DNA from: an archaeon
Lineage (GTDB): Archaea > EX4484-52 > B79-G9
DNA: 22,071 bases
NCBI GenBank assembly: GCA_043813875.1
Contig: JBDRKP010000083.1
Span: 1-22,071 of the forward strand
Direction of reading: 5' to 3'
Shown here: piece after piece, positions 16,455 through 22,071 of the stretch
How positions within the stretch are numbered: position 1 is the stretch's first letter
How the letters are laid out: every line of letters starts with the position of its first letter
The notes under the pieces: generated by a model
Told to the model about the DNA's origin: nothing
Databases searched by the model: none
What the model saw: the letters and a program-made list of their open reading frames with translations, nothing else
Translations under genes and position numbers: made by a program

Positions 16455-17354
16455 ATGGATTTCAAGTACCTTATGAGGAAGAATACCTGACTTATAATAT
16501 TGTGCGCAATCATTGCCGGGTTTGTTTATCCCGGGCCTGGATTGGTGCTCAATCCATATCTTGGTTATTTGTTGATGCTTCTTATGTTTTTTGGATGTCT
16601 TGATGTGAGTCTTTTTCAGATATTTGTGCATCTTAAAGATTACAGGAAGATTCTTCTGGTTCTTTTTGTGATACATCTCTCCGGGCCTATAGTTGTTTTT
16701 TTGATGAAGCCATTTTTTTCTTCTGAGATATATCTTGGCCTTATATTGGCTACGGTTATCTCATCGGGCATGAGCGTTGTGTTCTTGTCTCAACTTTACG
16801 GCGGGATTCCGTCGAAGGCATTGGTTATTACCTCCTTGTCTAATATTTTAAGCCCGCTTTCAGTTCCGTTTCTGGTGTTTTTGTTCGCTGGTACGGCAAT
16901 TGCGGTTGATTTTTTTGCGATGGCTTTGACTGTGGTGAAGCTGGTTATTGTTCCTGTGATTGCTGCATTGTTGGTCAAAAAGATAAGATTGTATGGAGTT
17001 CTGAGGGATTATGGCACATATATTTCTATTGTTGTGCTGTTCTTTCTAATTCTTGGGATCATATCGCCGGTCAGGGCGATTATTTTGGCTGATATCGGGC
17101 AGTCGCTTGTTCTTTTTGGTTTGGCATGCGTTTTTGTTGTGATTAATTTTTCGCTGGGTTACTTTGCCGGCTCAAGCAGGGAGGAGAAGATAACTTATGC
17201 GATTTCCGGGAGCTATAAGAATTTCACTCTATCGACAGTTATCGCCTTATCTTTGTTCAGCCCTGTTGTGGCCATGCCTTCTGTGATATATTCTGTGGTC
17301 AATAATCTGTCTTTGATAGCAATACAGTTTGTTTTTGGTGAGAAAAAGGATTGA
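16455..17354 (+). CDS. Bile acid:sodium symporter (BASS/SLC10) family protein; in-frame TGA at codon 12 (16488-16490), frame open from 16491
   Basis: LLMLLMFF, GG..SKAL..T..SN.L.PL..P, LVIVP and YKNFTL (cf. QN motif); about 9-10 TM helices. Confidence 0.8.
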
Positions 17355-17460
17355 TGGGTTGTAAAAACAGGGGCAAAAAGCGCACTTTTCGCGCATTTCA
17401 TTCCAGTTCTGGGTTTGATAGTCCAGAGATCTGCTCCGATTTTAAAAGTGTGCTCTTAAT

Positions 17461-17521
17461 GGGGCTTTGATGAGTGATTGATCTCTTGATAATTCGCATC
17501 GCTGTAATGCCTCTGAGCTCT
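17461..17521 (+). ncRNA. Candidate box C/D sRNA or stand-alone K-turn RNA
   Basis: Terminal stem GGGGC/GCTCT, C box TTGATGA (17467-17473), 12-nt spacer, D'-like TTGA (17486-17489), D box CTGA (17513-17516). No clear C' box. Confidence 0.35.
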
Positions 17522-17586
17522 GCTCCGGTAATAGGCGATGTCTAGGATTATTTTTATTGTCATCTTTCTGTGCTCTGATTGCTTAG

Positions 17587-17595
17587 TTTTATATT
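17587..17595 (+). promoter_or_regulatory. TATA box of rfcS (leaderless arrangement)
   Basis: TTTTATATT ends 23 nt before ATG 17618; no SD. Confidence 0.5.
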
Positions 17596-17617
17596 ATTTG
17601 GATGGCATACTCTTTCT

Positions 17618-18565
17618 ATGATTGAAATATGGACTGAGAAATACAGGCCAAAGACGCTTGGTGAGGTTGTCGGGCATGAGAATGTTGTCCTTCGCCTGAA
17701 GGCATTTGTGAAGGAGAAGTCTATTCCGAATATGCTTTTTGCCGGTACGGCCGGCGTCGGGAAGACTACGTGCGCTATCGCGCTTGCAAAGGAGCTTTAT
17801 GGGGATACATGGTCGCGCAATTTCATGGAGACCAATGCGTCTGATGAGCGAGGGATACAGGTCGTGAGGACCAAGATCAAGGATTTTGCGCGTATCAAGC
17901 CGTTTGATGCTGATTTTAAGATTATATTCCTTGATGAGAGCGATGCCCTGACTCCGGAGGCGCAGCAGGCGCTTCGCCGTACGATGGAGAAGTATACGCA
18001 TTCGACGCGGTTTATCCTGTCGTGCAATTATTCTTCGAAGCTTATCCCGCCTATACAGAGCAGGTGTGCAGTATTCCGTTTCGGGCCGGGGAGCGATGAG
18101 GCTATATCAAAATATGTCGGAAGGATCGCCAAGGGTGAGGGACTTGAGATCAAAAAGGACGGGATGGACGCTATCCTTAAGGTGTGTGAGGGCGATTTCA
18201 GGAAGGCTACTAATGTGTTGCAGTCTGTTTCCATACTCTCCAAGAAGGTCGATGAGAAGAGTGTCTATGAGGTCGCTGCTACTCTGCATCCGAAGGAAGT
18301 GAAGGATGTGCTGGATCTTGCTCTTGCGGGTAAGTTCCTTGATTCGAGGAAGAAGATATATGACCTGATGATTAACCGGGGACTTTCGGGGATTGATGTG
18401 ATCAAGGCAATTCATCGCGAGGTGCTCGGCCTTTCTGTGGATGACAGGACGAAGGCGGTTCTTATTGATAAGCTCGGTGAATATGAGTTCAGGATAGTCG
18501 AGGGCGGGACTGAGGATCTGCAGATTGAGGCGTTTTTAGCGCAGCTTGTGGTGCTGAAGAAGTAG
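17618..18565 (+). CDS. rfcS: Replication factor C small subunit
   Basis: WTEKYRP, Walker A GTAGVGKT, NASDERGI, LDESD, AQQALRRTME and IQSRC; no intein. Confidence 0.97.
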   Translation: MIEIWTEKYRPKTLGEVVGHENVVLRLKAFVKEKSIPNMLFAGTAGVGKTTCAIALAKELYGDTWSRNFMETNASDERGIQVVRTKIKDFARIKPFDADFKIIFLDESDALTPEAQQALRRTMEKYTHSTRFILSCNYSSKLIPPIQSRCAVFRFGPGSDEAISKYVGRIAKGEGLEIKKDGMDAILKVCEGDFRKATNVLQSVSILSKKVDEKSVYEVAATLHPKEVKDVLDLALAGKFLDSRKKIYDLMINRGLSGIDVIKAIHREVLGLSVDDRTKAVLIDKLGEYEFRIVEGGTEDLQIEAFLAQLVVLKK

Positions 18566-18675
18566 GCTAAAATAGGGAGCAAGCGAAAGATTGTCTCGGG
18601 ATTTTGATTTTTGGCACAGATTGTTCGATTAGAATGTTTTTTCTGTAGGTGATGGTTGTCCTGGTTGACAGGAGT

Positions 18676-21369
18676 TTATGCTGACTGTAGGCTGTTTGTT
18701 AGTGCAGCAAAGATTGCGAGCCCTATCGTCAATATTATTATGGCTAATATGGCTCCTATTATAAGGCAAATTAATATCATCCCTATTATGATTCTTAGAG
18801 TACTTATGTTGTGGACGTTTTTGTAGCCGATTATAGAGATGTATACCTGGTATATCATTGCAAGTATGCCGGCAAGAGGTATCCAGGAAACCACGTTTGG
18901 TGCTGATGCATATGCCATGACTCTTAATGTTGATTCGTAGTTGCCGCTACCACCCAGTATTTTTAATGTAATGTGAAACAGGGCGCAAAATACAAACAGA
19001 AGCGGGATGGTGATTATTGGTCCTATTATCAATATTGTGAGCATTGCTGCTATTCCTGTGGTTGTGGGATTGAATATGATAAGTAAAGATGATACGGGTA
19101 TGAGTGTGATTATGATAGTAATTGCATAAAAGATGATTGGGTCTTTGTAGCCGCCGGTTATGGGCATGATTTCAAAGAACCTGTGGGGGTCAAGCAATAT
19201 TAGTTTTATTTTTTGGAGGTAGTTCAGTTTGCCGAATTCATAGCTGCTGATGTTCACTGTTTTTGGGCTGATCGGTTTTGTATAGTCATTAAGCTTCTTT
19301 TTTTCACGATATTTTTTGTAGAGTATTATGAATACCGGAGAAAGTCCGATTAATATTATGAGTGTTAGTGGGCTGAATACTGTGGATTTTATTTTTTCGA
19401 TTATATTGTTTTGATCTTGCTCTTTTTGATTTTCTTCTTCGACTTTTTGCTCGTCGTCTGATGTCAGTTCTGAGAGGAGTTGGCTGTCGCTGAAGGTTGC
19501 CAGTTCCTGTATTCTTGCGTCGTATGTCTCTTGTGTTATCAGGTTGTCTTCAAGGTCGTCTTTCAGCCATGTTTTTTTTTCGCCGACTGTTTTTGGCGGG
19601 TCGATGCAGGCATTTTTGTGGCATATTGATTTTTCGCATTTGCAGTCTTTTTCGCATGTGCCGCAGTTCTCGTCTGCGTCACATACGCTGTTGCCGCAGC
19701 TTGTCAGCTTGAATGTGCTTGCCAGGTTGAACGGGCCTTCGCCGATGATTGCCTGGCCTGTGACTTCTATTGTCCAGATTCCGACACCAGGGTCTTTTAC
19801 GGCGCATGTGTATGATTCTTTTCCTGATGGCATTTTTGTGCATGTGCCAGCTTTGCCGTCTGGTTTCAGGACTTTTGTAATCTTGAATTCGTCTCCTGAC
19901 TGGAATGCTGTGAGCGTCAGGACGAATGGTGTTTTGGATTCTGTTACCTCGATATAATATGTCTTTTTTTCGCTGTTGCCTAAGTCGCCGTTGATCTGTG
20001 ACTGTGTCGATACGCTCGTCAGGTTGTAGTTTGATTTTGTGGTGACGGCTGACTCTTTCCATATTGATTTTACCTGCACTATCCAGCGTCCTTCGGCAGT
20101 CTGGCCAGGTACAAGGAATGCTTTCTGCGCCACTTTTTCATCTGATTCGGATACGTCGTATACTGATTTCAGGTTCGTTGATATTATGGTAAGTTCCATG
20201 TTCGGCTCGTAGCTGGTCCAGTTTGAGACTACTACGAGATGCGTGTTGTTTTCTGTCCGGATGTCGGTGTAGTAGAAGACTGCGCCTTTGTTTTTTATCG
20301 TGTCTGTGACTTCATAGTCTTCGGGTATGTATGTAGAGTGAGTGCTTGCGAGGCGGAAGGGCGCGTGGCCGGTCACGGTCTGGCCTTCAAGGTTTACGAG
20401 CCATATGCCTGGCTCCGGGTCTTTTATTGCGCAGCCGTCGGTGTATGCTGAGCATGACCTTTTCTTCCCGCTCGGGTCAAAGACGCTGTATATCTTCACT
20501 ATGTCTCCTGCCTCTAGCCTTATCGCTGTCAGGGCGAGTGGAGTGGTCCGGTCCTTGATGATTATGGGGTATTCCTTGATTTCTTTTTCACCTGATATCC
20601 CGTTGATGATTTCCTGGTCTTCTATGTATTCGAATTTGTAGTTTGAGTAGAAGTTGAGGTCTGCTCTTGCGTCAAGGGCTCTTAGCTGCGTGATCCAGGT
20701 TCCTTCTGCGACTGCGCCGGGCTGGAGGTAGTATGCCTGGACAACCTTTTCGTCGCCTTTTGATGCGTCGCTTTTGGTTTTTGCGTCTGGCGTGATTATC
20801 GTCATTTCCATGTTGGAGTATATGTCGGACCAGTTTGCTGATACTGCCAGTGGCTCTTCTCTTACTCCTGTCTTGATGTATGTCTTGTAGAATTTGATTT
20901 GGTCCTGGAGGATTGATGTGTCTTTATTGTATTTGCGGGGCTTGTATATGTCGAAGTTTGAGCTTACTGTGAAGGTGCCTTCTCTTGGCACTGTCTTTCC
21001 CTTTATTTCCAATAGCCATATCCCGAGGGTCGGATGGTCTATGAAGCATTTGCCTGTTATGGATCCTGCGCAGTTGTTTTCGGAGTGACCTTTTCCTATG
21101 GGGTCATAGAGGCCGCTTATTGATATGTCGTCGCCCGCATTCACTATGGCGCCTGATATGTTGAGTCTTTTGTCTTTGTATACGTTTATGAGGAAGTAGG
21201 TGGTGTCTCCTTCTCTTACATAATCCGTGCTATGGCAGAATATGTCCTGGGCCGGATCATCGTTTATAAATGTGCAGGGGTTGTCTGTGCCGAGCTGTTG
21301 TGCTGTTATCGGCGATGCCAGAAGGACGAATGCCAGCAGGAGTGTCAACAGTATCAGTTTTTTTTTCAT
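18676..21369 (-). CDS. Large cell-surface protein (897 aa): signal peptide, five beta-sandwich (PPC-like) repeats, Cys-rich module, SHOCT-like helices, TM helix and C-terminal Yip1 domain
   Basis: Probable start MKKKLILLTLLLAF at 21369. Five G-x-W repeats; CGNSVC...ENC..C..DC; L..D....LITQE.YD....EL; Yip1 signatures P..FF, LGG.G.YE.T.R..AY and GY..VH.IS. Confidence 0.8.
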   Translation of the reverse strand: MKKKLILLTLLLAFVLLASPITAQQLGTDNPCTFINDDPAQDIFCHSTDYVREGDTTYFLINVYKDKRLNISGAIVNAGDDISISGLYDPIGKGHSENNCAGSITGKCFIDHPTLGIWLLEIKGKTVPREGTFTVSSNFDIYKPRKYNKDTSILQDQIKFYKTYIKTGVREEPLAVSANWSDIYSNMEMTIITPDAKTKSDASKGDEKVVQAYYLQPGAVAEGTWITQLRALDARADLNFYSNYKFEYIEDQEIINGISGEKEIKEYPIIIKDRTTPLALTAIRLEAGDIVKIYSVFDPSGKKRSCSAYTDGCAIKDPEPGIWLVNLEGQTVTGHAPFRLASTHSTYIPEDYEVTDTIKNKGAVFYYTDIRTENNTHLVVVSNWTSYEPNMELTIISTNLKSVYDVSESDEKVAQKAFLVPGQTAEGRWIVQVKSIWKESAVTTKSNYNLTSVSTQSQINGDLGNSEKKTYYIEVTESKTPFVLTLTAFQSGDEFKITKVLKPDGKAGTCTKMPSGKESYTCAVKDPGVGIWTIEVTGQAIIGEGPFNLASTFKLTSCGNSVCDADENCGTCEKDCKCEKSICHKNACIDPPKTVGEKKTWLKDDLEDNLITQETYDARIQELATFSDSQLLSELTSDDEQKVEEENQKEQDQNNIIEKIKSTVFSPLTLIILIGLSPVFIILYKKYREKKKLNDYTKPISPKTVNISSYEFGKLNYLQKIKLILLDPHRFFEIMPITGGYKDPIIFYAITIIITLIPVSSLLIIFNPTTTGIAAMLTILIIGPIITIPLLFVFCALFHITLKILGGSGNYESTLRVMAYASAPNVVSWIPLAGILAMIYQVYISIIGYKNVHNISTLRIIIGMILICLIIGAILAIIILTIGLAIFAALTNSLQSA

Positions 21370-21410
21370 CTCAATCTCAATCAATATTAGTCTTAGGTGG
21401 TTTATATATT

Positions 21411-22070
21411 TTATTTCATGTATTCGTTTTCCCATGCGTCCAGCTCGTCGTCGGAGAGTTCGTCTTTTATGCTGTCTTTTATCTCTTTTTCTTCGGAGAA
21501 GCGGTTCCTGCTGAGGAGCCCGTACATGGCTCCTGCTGCGAAGCCTGCCAGATGGGCGGCGTGGCCTGTGTTGTCTATTGGGTGGAAGAAGCCGATGAGG
21601 TCTATGAGCATCCACATGGCGGAGAGAAGTATGAGCGGTATGGGGCCGCCCAGGAATACGACCATTTTCGGGCGGAGGAGGGTGAGGGCGCCGAGGATGC
21701 CCATTATGGCGCCGGATGCGCCAAGCGACATGGAGTGGGGATAGAATATGATGCCTGCGAGGTTGCCGAATATGCCTGCCAGAAGGTATATCTTCAGGAA
21801 TTCTTTTGATTCTATTATCTTTTCCAAGAGGATTCCGAAGAGGCCGAGGGCGACCATGTTCTGGAGGAGGTGGTTGAGGTTGAGGACTGTTGCGCCGTCC
21901 GGTAAGGTTGCTGTGGTTGAGTGGAGGAACATGGCTGTGATGAGTGTCCAGGGGGTATGTAGTATGGTTGATGGGTTCAGGGCGAGTAACGGTATTATGA
22001 TGGGGAATATCAGTTCGAGGAAGAATATTAGGATGTTTATTCCAAGGAGCTTCCATGCGAAGTATTTCAT
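21411..22070 (-). CDS. Rhomboid-family intramembrane serine protease
   Basis: PWTLITAMFLH, HLLQNM, catalytic GASG and AHLAG. The start lies at the window edge, so it could extend further. Confidence 0.93.
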   Translation of the reverse strand: MKYFAWKLLGINILIFFLELIFPIIIPLLALNPSTILHTPWTLITAMFLHSTTATLPDGATVLNLNHLLQNMVALGLFGILLEKIIESKEFLKIYLLAGIFGNLAGIIFYPHSMSLGASGAIMGILGALTLLRPKMVVFLGGPIPLILLSAMWMLIDLIGFFHPIDNTGHAAHLAGFAAGAMYGLLSRNRFSEEKEIKDSIKDELSDDELDAWENEYMK

Positions 22071-22071
22071 G

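Noticed and set aside
16488..16490. Genome-wide TGA recoding or selenocysteine
   Set aside because: TGA terminates rps7 and rpoA' at the expected ends, and the position is not a catalytic Cys site.
17430..17527. 9-bp direct repeat tctgctccg in the BASS-rfcS spacer
   Set aside because: Only two short copies with no array structure; not CRISPR-like.
1993..18565. Inteins in RpoA', RpoA'' or RFC small subunit
   Set aside because: Protein lengths are normal or short and the conserved motifs are contiguous.
21370..22056. N-terminal 229 aa of the 1126-aa ORF
   Set aside because: It is an Arg/Pro/His-rich alternate frame overlapping the rhomboid gene. A clear signal peptide begins at ATG 21369.

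Overview
Archaeal chromosomal window. The divergent core proteins and multi-intron tRNA suggest a DPANN-type lineage (inference). On the minus strand, 231-9197 holds the conserved cluster rpoH-rpoB''-rpoB'-rpoA'-rpoA''-rpl30e-nusA-rps12-rps7. It is preceded by an intron-rich tRNA-Lys gene (9217-9384), the most striking object here. That gene carries two tandem lysine anticodon cassettes (GCT-CTT-AA and GCT-TTT-AA), three bulge-helix-bulge (BHB) introns and a competing internal hairpin, so one gene could in principle be spliced to either tRNA-Lys(UUU) or tRNA-Lys(CUU). The rest holds a CPA1 antiporter, a truncated Bro-N remnant beside tRNA-Thr(GGT), a UbiA/DGGGP-synthase-like gene, rpl40e, an AK6-type adenylate kinase, a pilin-like protein and a secreted transglutaminase-like protein. 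Further right are a BASS transporter with an early in-frame TGA, a candidate C/D-box K-turn RNA, rfcS, a large multidomain surface protein fused to a Yip1 domain, and a rhomboid protease. All calls come from reading the sequence; no searches were run.
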